Shown one piece after another: positions 36,191 to 45,986 of a stretch of 64,000 nt of DNA. How positions within the stretch are numbered: the stretch's first letter is position 1; the number at the start of each line of letters is the position of its first letter. Under the pieces are notes generated by a model, which ran no database searches, had not been told where the DNA came from, and saw nothing but the letters and a program-made list of their open reading frames with translations. The stretch comes from a virus. The translations under genes and the position numbers were made by a program. The DNA lies in the IMG/VR virus record IMGVR_UViG_3300022700_000179, positions 1-64,000 of that record. One strand, 5' to 3'.

Positions 36191-37705
36191 ATGCGGTTAT
36201 CAAACTTCCCGTTGCTTATCTCTTTTCGTGGTGCTAGATATGTTCTAGCGGACGAACAGCAAAAACTGGAACGGTTTCTAGCAAGCGCACAAAAGGCGTT
36301 CATCAAACTGTTGGCTACTGATGGGGCTGCGGTTTCTCTAGCAAAAGCAGCGCTGGAGAAGTATCCAGGAAAGGAGAAGGCTGCCCGCGAATATTGGATT
36401 AAGCACGCTAGGGGTTTGGATTCTGTTAAAGGTTTTCTGGGGAAGTTTGACCCTACTGGGTCAAAGCAAACAGTAATATTGCAGCGAATTCGGGATGCTG
36501 TATTTGGTGGGAACCAGTCTAAGGTTTGGGAGAAACTACATAATACTATTTTTGAGAGCTACGTAGCGTGGAAGCAGGAGAAAGCCAAAGAGCCTTTATA
36601 TCAAACTGGTCTACCAGAAGATGTAGTCCGCAAACTTTTTCCGAAGTCTTTTGCTGTAGATGTAGATCCGGACAGGAATATAGTGCAAGAATTCGAGGTT
36701 TTTGGAAGCGAGAAGCGTAGCTTAGAGCGCAAACGTCGGTCGATGTTGAAAATTATAGAAAATTGGAATAGGTTGACCGAGCAGGTCAACAAGGATCTGC
36801 AGGCGGAAGACCCTCAGCGTAGGCTCACGGCTCTTGTTACCTCTTTGATAATGGCGACGGGTATTAGAGTGGGTGGCGGGCGGACACAACTAAAAGATGA
36901 GTCTGGTAAGGCGGTAAAAGACGAGGAAGGTAATCCTGTATACATGGATACTTTTGGGGCCACCACGCTAAAGCCGGAACATATTAAATTTATCCGTGAC
37001 GACTACATGCTGATCGAGTTTCCGGGAAAAGCAGGTACGGTCAATATCGCAGGATTGTCCGACCCACAGATAGTGGCTGCTATTAAAGAACAATTGTCTA
37101 ATGTTAAGGATACGCTGTCCGGGGAGGCAGACAAGTCGGAACTTCTTTTCCGTACCAAAGATGGTCGGAAGGTTTCGGGCGATCTTGTTAATGCTTACAT
37201 ACAGAGAATATTGGGCCCAGAAGTTAGTGCACACAGCTTCCGGCATTTAAAGGCTACCGAGACTTTTTTCAGCCGATTGAAAGCCAGGGAATCCCATCTT
37301 GCTAAGAAATTGCTGGAGATCAAAAAAGCAGCTATAGATGACCTTCGTGGTCACGTCGTCAGCGAAATTTACAACGCGCTGTGGTCAACTGCGGAAGAGA
37401 CGCGGGAGATGCTTTCGCATGAAGACGTAGGGACGACCCTGGAGTACTATATCCATCCAAGGGTAATACTAAACTTTTTAAGCGGTGCGGGGTTAGACAA
37501 GGCGTTGGATGTGGTGGTTGGTGAGGGTAGGGGATTGAAACTAAAGTTTGATCCTGTTGAGTTTGTTGTCAAAATGCAGGAAAAAGTACAGGAACGGCAT
37601 ACCGCAAAAGTTTTTACAGGAAACACTACGTTTTTCCTGGGCGATAAGTTTGTTGAATATGATGTGGATGACGCTATACTTGATTTGATTGTCGAAGAAG
37701 AGTAG
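36191..37705 (+). CDS. DNA topoisomerase IB-like protein with N-terminal tag motif
   Basis: GIRVG, TFGATTL, FPGKAG, AHSFRH, LSH, YYIHP match the TopIB catalytic layout; PLLISFRGARYVLA. Confidence 0.75.
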   Translation: MRLSNFPLLISFRGARYVLADEQQKLERFLASAQKAFIKLLATDGAAVSLAKAALEKYPGKEKAAREYWIKHARGLDSVKGFLGKFDPTGSKQTVILQRIRDAVFGGNQSKVWEKLHNTIFESYVAWKQEKAKEPLYQTGLPEDVVRKLFPKSFAVDVDPDRNIVQEFEVFGSEKRSLERKRRSMLKIIENWNRLTEQVNKDLQAEDPQRRLTALVTSLIMATGIRVGGGRTQLKDESGKAVKDEEGNPVYMDTFGATTLKPEHIKFIRDDYMLIEFPGKAGTVNIAGLSDPQIVAAIKEQLSNVKDTLSGEADKSELLFRTKDGRKVSGDLVNAYIQRILGPEVSAHSFRHLKATETFFSRLKARESHLAKKLLEIKKAAIDDLRGHVVSEIYNALWSTAEETREMLSHEDVGTTLEYYIHPRVILNFLSGAGLDKALDVVVGEGRGLKLKFDPVEFVVKMQEKVQERHTAKVFTGNTTFFLGDKFVEYDVDDAILDLIVEEE

Positions 37706-37837
37706 GACCCACCAAAAAAATCCCAAGAAAAACAGATCAGGGGGTTGATTTTTACGAATGGGGGACTACAATCCCCGTATGACCGTACCGATCGGCTCAA
37801 TTGTGGGCCCACTAGCATCCAGAAAGCGAGATAATTC

Positions 37838-38422
37838 ATGATCAACGACAGAACCGCAATTTTCATCGATGGGGCATATTTCGACAAGTTGCTCGAACTT
37901 GAATTCGGGCGGCTCCGTGTAGACTTTAACGCCTTCGTAAATAAGGCGCTTAAAGAGGACAACGTTTTCAGAACATACTATTACCACTGTCGTCCATTTA
38001 TGAGTACAAACCCTACTCCAGAGGAACAAAAACGTTACGAAGCAAAAGAGCGGTTTTTCTCTGCTTTGTCTTCTCTGCCAAGATTCGAGGTCCGTTTGGG
38101 AAAGTTGGTGTATCGCGGTCAGGACGAAAATGATCGGCCGATTTTCATACAAAAGCTAGTAGATATTATGCTCGGGGTAGACCTAGTACGGCTGGCCGCA
38201 ACACGCCAGATTACTCGGGCACTTTTAGTGGCTGGGGACAGTGATTTCGTTCCAGCGGTTGAGGAAGCGAAGCGGCAAGGGGTGCTGTTATCTCTTTTTC
38301 ACGGCCCTTCGCGGAGTTTGAACGGTAATTCGGGAACAGTACATCGTGAACTCTGGGAAGCGTGTGACGAACGTTTTGAGATCACTCAGGAGTTTCTGAA
38401 TTCAATCCGCCGTAAGGCTTAA
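37838..38422 (+). CDS. NYN-domain (LabA/DUF88) putative RNase
   Basis: IFIDGAY, QKLVDIMLGVD, AGDSDFVPA. Confidence 0.88.
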   Translation: MINDRTAIFIDGAYFDKLLELEFGRLRVDFNAFVNKALKEDNVFRTYYYHCRPFMSTNPTPEEQKRYEAKERFFSALSSLPRFEVRLGKLVYRGQDENDRPIFIQKLVDIMLGVDLVRLAATRQITRALLVAGDSDFVPAVEEAKRQGVLLSLFHGPSRSLNGNSGTVHRELWEACDERFEITQEFLNSIRRKA

Positions 38423-38598
38423 ATGCATTCATGGTTAGTTGTTACCCAAGTTTTCGCTTCCTCATCCGTATCGAAGTAAGCATGTATATCTGGTTCATGC
38501 ATATTTAATGCAAGCCAGGTAGTATCTTCTTCCACTTCCATAACAAGATAGACCTTGCAGGGGCACACGTAAACTGCTTCTTCTGTCCAGTCTGTCAT
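38419..38598 (-). CDS. small hypothetical protein (59 aa)
   Basis: RBS AAAGGAG, open frame MTDWTEE...HECI*. Confidence 0.55.
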   Translation of the reverse strand: MTDWTEEAVYVCPCKVYLVMEVEEDTTWLALNMHEPDIHAYFDTDEEAKTWVTTNHECI

Positions 38599-38765
38599 TT
38601 TTCTCTCCTTTTTAAACTCGACAGTTCCATCTCTACCTGACCTATACCGCCCGGTAGTTTACATTTTGTACGCTGACCTTGGTATAGAGTACCATGATAT
38701 GCGCACAGCAGATCAACGGGAGCCACAACTGTAAAGGACTTTGTTAGAAGAGGAGCAGTTCAATT

Positions 38766-39023
38766 ATGCCCAATCGATCCAGTGGTTCACGGTATCCTTA
38801 CATGCTCGCTGCAGATTTACTGCGCAGTGTTGGTCCTGTAAACTCAGGAGGGTTAGTTCTCACAAGAGTTGACGCCTCTGCAATTATACAGCTTGTCGCC
38901 AACGCACTATCCATTAGTAAGAAAGAACTGTCCGAGAAATTAGCTAATTACTATCTTGATAATGAGGATGCTCTAACCGAAGACTCCGCTTATACAATCC
39001 TTTCTCAATTGGCTATGCGCTAA
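38766..39023 (+). CDS. hypothetical protein
   Basis: RBS GAGGAG. Confidence 0.65.
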   Translation: MPNRSSGSRYPYMLAADLLRSVGPVNSGGLVLTRVDASAIIQLVANALSISKKELSEKLANYYLDNEDALTEDSAYTILSQLAMR

Positions 39024-39053
39024 TTTGTAAAATATACTTATATCTCGTATGAG

Positions 39054-39269
39054 ATGTCTCGATACTACATACAACGGGTATACTTTATCGCAGAGCCCGA
39101 TGAAGAGGGGCGTGTGCCCATGCTTGCAAGTGCGGTAGGTGATAGGATGTACACGGAACTCGACAAAGCGAAAGAGACCGCTTCTGCCTTAAACAGGTTG
39201 TTGGGAGTGCATGAGCGTTACAAAGTATTTTTGGCAACCATAGAGATCCCAAGAGATCAGTTAGCCTAG
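39054..39269 (+). CDS. hypothetical protein
   Basis: 71-aa ORF. Confidence 0.5.
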   Translation: MSRYYIQRVYFIAEPDEEGRVPMLASAVGDRMYTELDKAKETASALNRLLGVHERYKVFLATIEIPRDQLA

Positions 39270-39518
39270 GTGTGTATTATGGCCAGGTCGATACTAAATC
39301 TGGGTCGGTTGCCTGATCTACGTGTGGGTATAACCCCACCGTTTTACATTGTTCCTCCGAAGGAGGAGGGTGGTACTGTAAAGGAGGGTCCGAGGATCCG
39401 TGTCCCCCTCCCAGAGCCGGAAGGCACTATCGACATTGAGGTGACTCGTTGCCAGTACTGCGGAGCCGCAATTTCTTCGGGGGATTCTATTTGCGGCAAT
39501 TGTAAAATGCCACAATAA
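39270..39518 (+). CDS. zinc-ribbon protein
   Basis: CQYCG...CGNC. Confidence 0.55.
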   Translation: MCIMARSILNLGRLPDLRVGITPPFYIVPPKEEGGTVKEGPRIRVPLPEPEGTIDIEVTRCQYCGAAISSGDSICGNCKMPQ

Positions 39519-39737
39519 CTGCAAGAGACAGTTTACATGCCATTGGAGGCGCCAATCGGCCATACTGTGTTCGTTGTGGTCGGTCCGTAGGGACTTGGCT
39601 GGATTCGGACGGTAGAGAGCACTGTAGAAAATTTCTATCGGCTGTTGCTTATGGCTACCCTAACGGTCAGCTTTTATGTGATGAGTGTATTTACAAGGAT
39701 TCTGTTCGTCAGACCCGAAAAAAGCTTGAAAAAGGGC

Positions 39738-39765
39738 TTGACGACCCAGATCCATCTGGTATGGT
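39738..39765 (+). promoter_or_regulatory. promoter of the Y RNA/Ro60 unit
   Basis: TTGACG-16 bp-TATGGT with extended -10 TG; spacer holds palindrome CCAGAT-CC-ATCTGG. Confidence 0.55.
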
Positions 39766-39832
39766 AACGAGCAGACTAGCTGAGTTGTATCGTAATGCAG
39801 ACTTAGCTGGGACCAAGAAGAAGAGTTGACAA

Positions 39833-39894
39833 TCGGGTGATGCAGGCATCGGATACTTCGAATGGGTCAAGACTGATGTCGTCCATTTCCCCGA
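39833..39894 (+). ncRNA. Y RNA 1 (minimal)
   Basis: CGGGTGATGCAG...TACTTCG...ATTTCCCCGA shared termini. Confidence 0.7.
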
Positions 39895-39939
39895 GGTTAA
39901 AATCATGTCTACCGTCCTGGTCCAGCACTGGTAGACTTT

Positions 39940-40082
39940 AGGTCCGGGTGATGCAGAAACGGCCTACTTCGCAATTGGTCGGTTGTCGCGGGTTCGATCC
40001 CCGCCTCCTTGGGTTATCAATCCTAGGGAGTAGCTCAGAGGACAGAGCACCGGGTAGCTGTTTTGATTGTTTCCCCGAACCT
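39940..40082 (+). ncRNA. Y RNA 2 (YrlA-type, full tRNA-like domain)
   Basis: same termini; T-arm GCGGG-TTCGATC-CCCGC, loop-closed acceptor stem, D-arm TAGCTCAGAGGACAGAGC. Confidence 0.85.
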
Positions 40083-40085
40083 TTC

Positions 40086-40212
40086 CGGGTGATGCAGAGA
40101 TAAGTTACTTCGATATTTGGCATATTGAGTTTAGGTTCGATTCCTAACCATTCTACGCAAAGTAGGTGGGCCCTGGGCGGGCGCTGTTGACTTATCTTGA
40201 CTATTTCCCCGA
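40086..40212 (+). ncRNA. Y RNA 3 (YrlA-type, divergent tRNA-like domain)
   Basis: same termini; T-arm TTAGG-TTCGATT-CCTAA. Confidence 0.78.
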
Positions 40213-40225
40213 TTTTTACTGGTAT

Positions 40226-40306
40226 CTGGGTGATGCTGCCAAAAGTTACTTCGCATCTGATTTGTATCAGCTCAGCTAAAAGACTTTTGGCGATTATTTC
40301 CCCGAG
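40226..40306 (+). ncRNA. Y RNA 4 (short)
   Basis: GGGTGATGCTGCCAAAAGTTACTTCG...ACTTTTGGCGATTATTTCCCCGA. Confidence 0.7.
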
Positions 40307-40371
40307 TTTATCGCGTCCTGCGAATCCGTGCTACGACTGTGTAGTACACAAACAACATTAGAGGTGACAAA

Positions 40372-42165
40372 ATGCGTGTAGGGACTGGAAAGAGGAGCGT
40401 GACTGACCGCGCCGTGCGCGAAGCCTTGTCTCGGGCTACTGAACAGCGGTATGTAGGTGGACCGGCGTTTGATCTAGCTGATCCGGTCCAGCGTCTTATA
40501 TTTACTATCGGGTCTGGATTTTTTGGTGAGGATAAGTTTTACGACAGTCTACAGCCAACGGACGTGCAGGGTCACCGAACCGCAAAGGCGAGTTTGTCTA
40601 CCTATAAAGGTGAAACCTTAGTTCACCCTGAGAATATAAAGGATCGGTTTGGGTTTAACGAGTCTGCGCGGGATCTAGTTCGGACTATGCGTGAGATTGC
40701 TGAAGAAAAGAACTTCGAGGATTTACTAATACTAGCCAGGTGGGCGCGTGAGGACTTGAATCTTAGGCAGACGCCTATCATGGCTCTGGTTATATCTGCA
40801 CGGGCAGAGTTTGAACTGGGTCGTGGTAGTGGGTTGATTCGTAAGTATACGCCGTTGATTCTTCGTCGGGCAGACGAACCGAAACGGGCTTTTGCGGCCT
40901 ACCGTCACCTTTTCATGGAGGGGGCAGACGGTCGACGTAAAGGATCATTCCCGAAGCAATTTGCGCGTGGTTTGATTGAGTCTCTACAGCAGTTTAACGA
41001 GTATCAGATCTTGAAATATGACTCATCACGTGAGGCGCCCACTTTCAAGGATTTGGCTATTTTTCTATCACGGTACGAAGGTCGTGGAAAAGGACGCCCT
41101 CGACGATCTAATATGCGTCCATTCTCGCACGCCATGGCAAAATATTTGATTGATGGTGAGATAAACGCGAAAGCACTTCCCAAAGTGGCTGCTAGGGCGA
41201 AGCTTTTCAAGTTGAAGACGTGGTGCCCTACTGCCAAAAAACTGGCATTAGAGGGTGATGTTACTTGGGAAAATTTGATAAGCCACTTTGGTTCTACAAA
41301 GGCAACATGGGGATGGTTGATTCAAAATAGAAAATTGCCTTACATGGCAATGTTACGTAACTTGCGGAACTTAGAAAAAGTGGGCCTGTCTGATAGTGAT
41401 TGGGAGCGTGTTTACTCTTACCTTACTTCTGATGTAAATCATAGGCAGATGCCATTTCGGTTTCTGTCTGCTCGGAAAGAGGTGAGCCACCAAACTGCAC
41501 GGTCAGCTATAGATATAGCTCTGGATAAGTCGGTTCAGAACATTCCGGATTTGGGCGGTAAGACTTTTATCATGGTGGATGCCTCAGGTTCGATGGACGC
41601 GCTTGTTTCAAAACGTTCCACCATAAGCTGCAAAGAAGTTGGTATGGCGATGGCGGCGGTCTTGGCTAAGCGTGTTGGTCGTAGGGCTCGGCTCGGTGTG
41701 TTTGGGACTCGTTTCCAGCTCGTCAGCTTTTCTGAAGCGAATTCTGTCATGGCAATCGTCAACCAGCTTAAGGATGCAGGAATCCAGGTCGGCCATGCTA
41801 CTCACGCACATTTAGGCCTTGTGTGGGCGTTGGGGAAGTATACCGGCTTCAACGCGGAGGAATTTGATCGAGTTATCATCGTAAGTGACATGAACTGCTA
41901 TTCAGAGAACTTTTTACGGAACGGTACTGATTTGGTAAGCCTTTTGGCAGAATATCGTCATACGGTCAATCCGGATGTGTTTTTCTACAGCTTGAACATT
42001 TCTGGAGGTAACCAATCCCAGATGGATCCAAAAAACGACAGAACACTTTTGATGAGCGGATGGTCCGAGAAGGTCTTCCATCTGATCGCACAGTTCGAGA
42101 ATCCGGGCACATTGCCCACAATCGACGCGTTACGTGATAGGTTTAGCTATTCTACAGCTAGCTAA
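40372..42165 (+). CDS. rsr: Ro60/Rsr TROVE-vWA RNA-binding protein
   Basis: RRADEP, FNEYQILKY, TWENLIS, LPYMAMLRNLRNL, PFRFLSA, vWA MIDAS DASGSM. Confidence 0.92.
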   Translation: MRVGTGKRSVTDRAVREALSRATEQRYVGGPAFDLADPVQRLIFTIGSGFFGEDKFYDSLQPTDVQGHRTAKASLSTYKGETLVHPENIKDRFGFNESARDLVRTMREIAEEKNFEDLLILARWAREDLNLRQTPIMALVISARAEFELGRGSGLIRKYTPLILRRADEPKRAFAAYRHLFMEGADGRRKGSFPKQFARGLIESLQQFNEYQILKYDSSREAPTFKDLAIFLSRYEGRGKGRPRRSNMRPFSHAMAKYLIDGEINAKALPKVAARAKLFKLKTWCPTAKKLALEGDVTWENLISHFGSTKATWGWLIQNRKLPYMAMLRNLRNLEKVGLSDSDWERVYSYLTSDVNHRQMPFRFLSARKEVSHQTARSAIDIALDKSVQNIPDLGGKTFIMVDASGSMDALVSKRSTISCKEVGMAMAAVLAKRVGRRARLGVFGTRFQLVSFSEANSVMAIVNQLKDAGIQVGHATHAHLGLVWALGKYTGFNAEEFDRVIIVSDMNCYSENFLRNGTDLVSLLAEYRHTVNPDVFFYSLNISGGNQSQMDPKNDRTLLMSGWSEKVFHLIAQFENPGTLPTIDALRDRFSYSTAS

Positions 42166-42178
42166 CTTTGTTGATTTG

Positions 42179-42532
42179 CTACTTCTGTCTCTTCTTCGTA
42201 GTTATCTTGTGTTTTGTCTTCCAGAAGTTGTACAGTTCCTTAATCAGTTTATCCTCCGGGATTTCCTTCTTACGTACTCTCCGATAAAAAGCAACTACAA
42301 TTAAGGCCCGCATGTCTTCAACTGAACGGATGCCTTGTTGTTCCAGGTGCATACGGAGTGGGGCCCCTTCTTTGAGCCACACTTTTTCTACGAATGACCC
42401 TACAGTTCTATAGCATTTCCATAGTTCTGCGGGCTTGTAGTTGGCGACTATTTCCACATAAGCTTTAGGCGTTCTCCGATCCAGTTCCTTCAGCCCTTCC
42501 TGAATGTTTCTCGGTTGGCTTTCGTAATACAT
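42179..42532 (-). CDS. hypothetical protein
   Basis: RBS AAGGAG; upstream TTGACA-17 bp-CACACT. Confidence 0.65.
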   Translation of the reverse strand: MYYESQPRNIQEGLKELDRRTPKAYVEIVANYKPAELWKCYRTVGSFVEKVWLKEGAPLRMHLEQQGIRSVEDMRALIVVAFYRRVRKKEIPEDKLIKELYNFWKTKHKITTKKRQK

Positions 42533-42625
42533 GCGGCTCCTTCTGTGTGTACTCTTCTAGTGTGATTCCAACTTGCTTCCTTGTCAAGCCGAGTATAGTT
42601 GGGTTGGTTGAACTACCGTGAACTT

Positions 42626-42643
42626 GGTTATTCTATAGTGTGG
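42626..42643 (+). promoter_or_regulatory. candidate late-promoter motif
   Basis: GGTTATTCTATAGTGTGG; near-identical GGTTACTTTATAGTGTGG at 47797. Confidence 0.45.
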
Positions 42644-42704
42644 AGTACCCAGTCTCTTAACGGGTACAGTTCTGTCAACAAACTTGTTTAGAGGGAGTTC
42701 CGAA

Positions 42705-43136
42705 ATGGCAACCGTAACTGTAGAAACCAGTGCAGTTTATCTCACAGTACAGAATCTCAGCAGCTGGTCCATTGTAGCGATGAACCGCAAGCTTGGACCT
42801 GGAGCCTCTGCTGACGTTCCTCGTCGGTATATTAATTACTGGCGTGCCAAAGATCTAGCCGAGCTAGTTAACAAGGGGTATATCTCTATCACCATCGATA
42901 ACCAGGTCTACTCGCTGTCGGGTTACGGTCCGTTGAGCGTAGAGTTCATCCAGGGACTGGCAGAGCCTACGGCAGCACCTTTTTCTGGGCTGCTCACTTT
43001 TGCCAACGCTGACCGTCCTGGGGTTGGTGGGATGCCTGATGGGACGATGATCTGGAATACAGATACTCTGATTCCTAATTGGGCTGATGCAACCTCGGGT
43101 ACTGGGTGGGTCGACGCTACTGGTGCAGACGTCTAA
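42705..43136 (+). CDS. probable small virion structural protein
   Basis: RBS GAGGGAG; beta-rich, GTMIWNTD; followed by a strong terminator. Confidence 0.65.
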   Translation: MATVTVETSAVYLTVQNLSSWSIVAMNRKLGPGASADVPRRYINYWRAKDLAELVNKGYISITIDNQVYSLSGYGPLSVEFIQGLAEPTAAPFSGLLTFANADRPGVGGMPDGTMIWNTDTLIPNWADATSGTGWVDATGADV

Positions 43137-43171
43137 TCCAGTTCTGCAGTTCGGCTGCCTTTTACTATATA

Positions 43172-43223
43172 TGCGCTGCTAGGCGGGGGGTCTAGTGTCT
43201 TCCCCGCCTAGCAGCGCACTTTT
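43172..43223 (+). terminator. intrinsic terminator
   Basis: TGCGCTGCTAGGCGGGG...CCCCGCCTAGCAGCGCA-CTTTT. Confidence 0.8.
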
Positions 43224-43235
43224 GAGGTATAAAAC

Positions 43236-44243
43236 ATGAGGGTTTCTACACTTTATCCTGTACGTAAGGCACCTAGGTATGCGATGAGCATATCGACCAC
43301 TACTGCTGCGGAAGGCGAGCCGAAGATAAGTAAAGAATTGCATGAACTTATTGGTAAATTTCTACTTCGTATAGTTGAGTCTGTGGGTCCACAGAGTAGG
43401 AATCCAGTAGAAGAAATACAAGATGAACTTGCGCTTGCTCGAGTGAACTACTATTCAGATGTCGACTTCTTGCTAGATCTGTTTTCTCAAAATCCGATTA
43501 TAGGTCGGACACCGTTATCCAGCATCCTACCCGACCCAATGCCAGATGACATCTCTCTGCTAAAAGTGATCGGATCAGCCGTAGACCGTCTTTTGCTCCG
43601 GGTTGCATCCAGATGGTACAAGCATGAGTTTGGTGACGCAAAAGACAAAAAAGCGGCAGCGACCGATTTTTACGTTTATTACGACGACATACCTTATTAC
43701 GTTTTTGGTTTGGTGAAAGCTGAAGATGTGGCGCAGCTTCCTTACAGTTCGCAGGATGTACTGATACTAACGAGAAATTATTTGGACACCTTGTCCGAAC
43801 TAACGAAGGAGCATCCGGAAGCGGACGCCGCTGCTTTGCTTAAACAGTACCCACCGAGTAATAAAGATGTCAACCCAAAAGAATTGGCTGACGTAATTGG
43901 TAATGAGCCCTCTTTAGCTTTCGCAAATATCGGTCCGATTTTGAAGGAATACAAGCATGGGGATGTGTATGCAGCTGCCAGAGCTGCGTTGGACTCTGCT
44001 GTGTTTGTAAACGCTAAAGAGATAATAGAATCTGGTACTTGGAGACCCCAAGCTGTAGACCATGACACTGAGGTAGACATTCACCCCCCTGAGGGGATAG
44101 ATGACGTAACAGACGAGGAGGAAGGTGCGGAACGACCTAGTGCAGAAGAGGGTACAAAAGTAGAAAAACCCAAAAGTCCTAGTCAGAGTCCCTCTGGTCC
44201 CATGCCACCTCATAAGTTAGATCAGAGTTCAAGGCCAGTCTAG
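43236..44243 (+). CDS. hypothetical protein
   Basis: 335-aa ORF. Confidence 0.7.
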   Translation: MRVSTLYPVRKAPRYAMSISTTTAAEGEPKISKELHELIGKFLLRIVESVGPQSRNPVEEIQDELALARVNYYSDVDFLLDLFSQNPIIGRTPLSSILPDPMPDDISLLKVIGSAVDRLLLRVASRWYKHEFGDAKDKKAAATDFYVYYDDIPYYVFGLVKAEDVAQLPYSSQDVLILTRNYLDTLSELTKEHPEADAAALLKQYPPSNKDVNPKELADVIGNEPSLAFANIGPILKEYKHGDVYAAARAALDSAVFVNAKEIIESGTWRPQAVDHDTEVDIHPPEGIDDVTDEEEGAERPSAEEGTKVEKPKSPSQSPSGPMPPHKLDQSSRPV

Positions 44244-45346
44244 TGCCTATTTACGATTATCATTATCGGACTTTGAGTCCAGACATTTGGAAGTCCGATG
44301 AGCTGACTTTGAACGCTAACACTCAGCGTTTTTTACAGGAACAGCTTTCTCGTAGGTTTAGTGAGAACAAAGGTATTTACTTGGTTGGAGATCTCACGGG
44401 CCATTATTACTCACCAACTTCCGATTTGGACTTACTAATTGTGGCACCTAGGAGTAAGGTAAAAGATTACTTACACGAAGCCGAGATGGTCAGTGGTTTT
44501 TACTTGGACAATACAGACCATCTGGTGAATTTTCATATTGTTGGGGAGGAAACCGTACCAGAAGCATTGGCGGAAAAGTTCGGACCTCTATTCAATGTAA
44601 CCGCGAATACTTGGGTCGGGCGCCGCGTGTTGGGTCTTACTGAGATGACTAATGTCGATTCACTAATGCGTACTGTAAACTGGAAATTGTATAAGAAACG
44701 TAACTCGCTCGAACTCTATCCGTATAAATGGAGAATTATATCTGAAGCTTTTTCTCAGTTAGCTAAAGACGACCGTGAGCAAGTACTTTCTACCATGAAG
44801 TATACTGCACGCAAGGTAGAAAAAAATATACGGAAAGTGCTAAAAGGCTTTAATGATGCTGCTGTTTGGAAAAATTCTTCAGTCTTTGCTTCTTCTTTAC
44901 GGGACGGCGGCCAAGACGTCGTAGACGACTTTGCTTTGTCCGGCGAACTCCCTGCCAAAGTTATGGCTGCTATTATACATCATTATAGGTATGAAGATGT
45001 GGTCGATAAGTTGGAAGATCTCCATAGTAAAATACAGAGAAGCGAAGAAGACTTTTTACGTACCACTGCACCCTCTTACAACCCTACCCCACATAATCCC
45101 GATCCTGTAGGTATCGACGCTAGTGTGCATACTGCGGATACCGCCACGCAAAAATATATGTGGCAGCGCCTTGATTTTGTTGCCGATATGATTATTAGGC
45201 ACTACGGGGGGTATGGGCAGGCGCTAGACACCGTTTTCAAAATATGTTCTTACATTTTAGAGAAGAGTCGTTACGTTGGTACTGATTCGCGGAGACGTAG
45301 GATAGTCTATCGTCTATATCGCAAGTATTACTTGCGTATTGACTAG
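44243..45346 (+). CDS. Pol-beta-superfamily nucleotidyltransferase-like protein
   Basis: IYLVGDLTGHYYSPTSDLDLLIV (G..DxD motif). Confidence 0.65.
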   Translation: MPIYDYHYRTLSPDIWKSDELTLNANTQRFLQEQLSRRFSENKGIYLVGDLTGHYYSPTSDLDLLIVAPRSKVKDYLHEAEMVSGFYLDNTDHLVNFHIVGEETVPEALAEKFGPLFNVTANTWVGRRVLGLTEMTNVDSLMRTVNWKLYKKRNSLELYPYKWRIISEAFSQLAKDDREQVLSTMKYTARKVEKNIRKVLKGFNDAAVWKNSSVFASSLRDGGQDVVDDFALSGELPAKVMAAIIHHYRYEDVVDKLEDLHSKIQRSEEDFLRTTAPSYNPTPHNPDPVGIDASVHTADTATQKYMWQRLDFVADMIIRHYGGYGQALDTVFKICSYILEKSRYVGTDSRRRRIVYRLYRKYYLRID

Positions 45347-45980
45347 TTGGAGGTTCAGTATGCCGTCAAGTGAGTGGAAGACGAGCCAAGTTAACGGTTA
45401 CGCAGCAGTAGTACTGAGTGGCGACACAAACGCTGTAAAGACAGCAAAGGCCGTTTACAAGGCTCTAGGTATGGCAATTCAAGATTCATCTCCAACTAGC
45501 CTTATTTTGCAGGATGTCAAAGAACCTGATATACAGGAAGTATCAGATATTGCTGAGAGCAACGGCTTGTATATAGCAAGCAAAAATGGTCCGAGGAAAT
45601 ATCTGGTACGATCAAGAAAACAAGTTCGTAAAGCTCTGCGGCTCAGTCTGCAAACAGGTAAATGGTATTTTGCGGAGTATGCTGAGGATTCTTATCCTTT
45701 GGTATACATACGCAATATGAGCATTGAAAACATCAGAAATGGTGATGCGGCGGAAGAAGCACAAATGTTCGAAGTAGAACTACTTGGGACAAATGATTCT
45801 ACACCTGTGTCTCTTACCTATAACGCACGAGATCTAGCACGTTTAGGGCTGCGTCCGGCTACCACCGAAGATTTCGCAGCGTACAGCATGATTTCACCCC
45901 CTTTAGAGCAATTAGTTCCGGCATTTGCTCGGCAGGCTCCAAACTTGGCTCACTTGGCCAATTTTAACAGAGAGTGCTAA
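45339..45980 (+). CDS. hypothetical protein
   Basis: 213-aa ORF, operonic. Confidence 0.65.
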   Translation: MTSWRFSMPSSEWKTSQVNGYAAVVLSGDTNAVKTAKAVYKALGMAIQDSSPTSLILQDVKEPDIQEVSDIAESNGLYIASKNGPRKYLVRSRKQVRKALRLSLQTGKWYFAEYAEDSYPLVYIRNMSIENIRNGDAAEEAQMFEVELLGTNDSTPVSLTYNARDLARLGLRPATTEDFAAYSMISPPLEQLVPAFARQAPNLAHLANFNREC

Positions 45981-45986
45981 AAACTC

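Noticed and set aside
36191-37705. Integrase/prophage call
   Set aside because: FGATTL, FxGK and YIHP fit topoisomerase IB better; no att sites or host-like genes in the window
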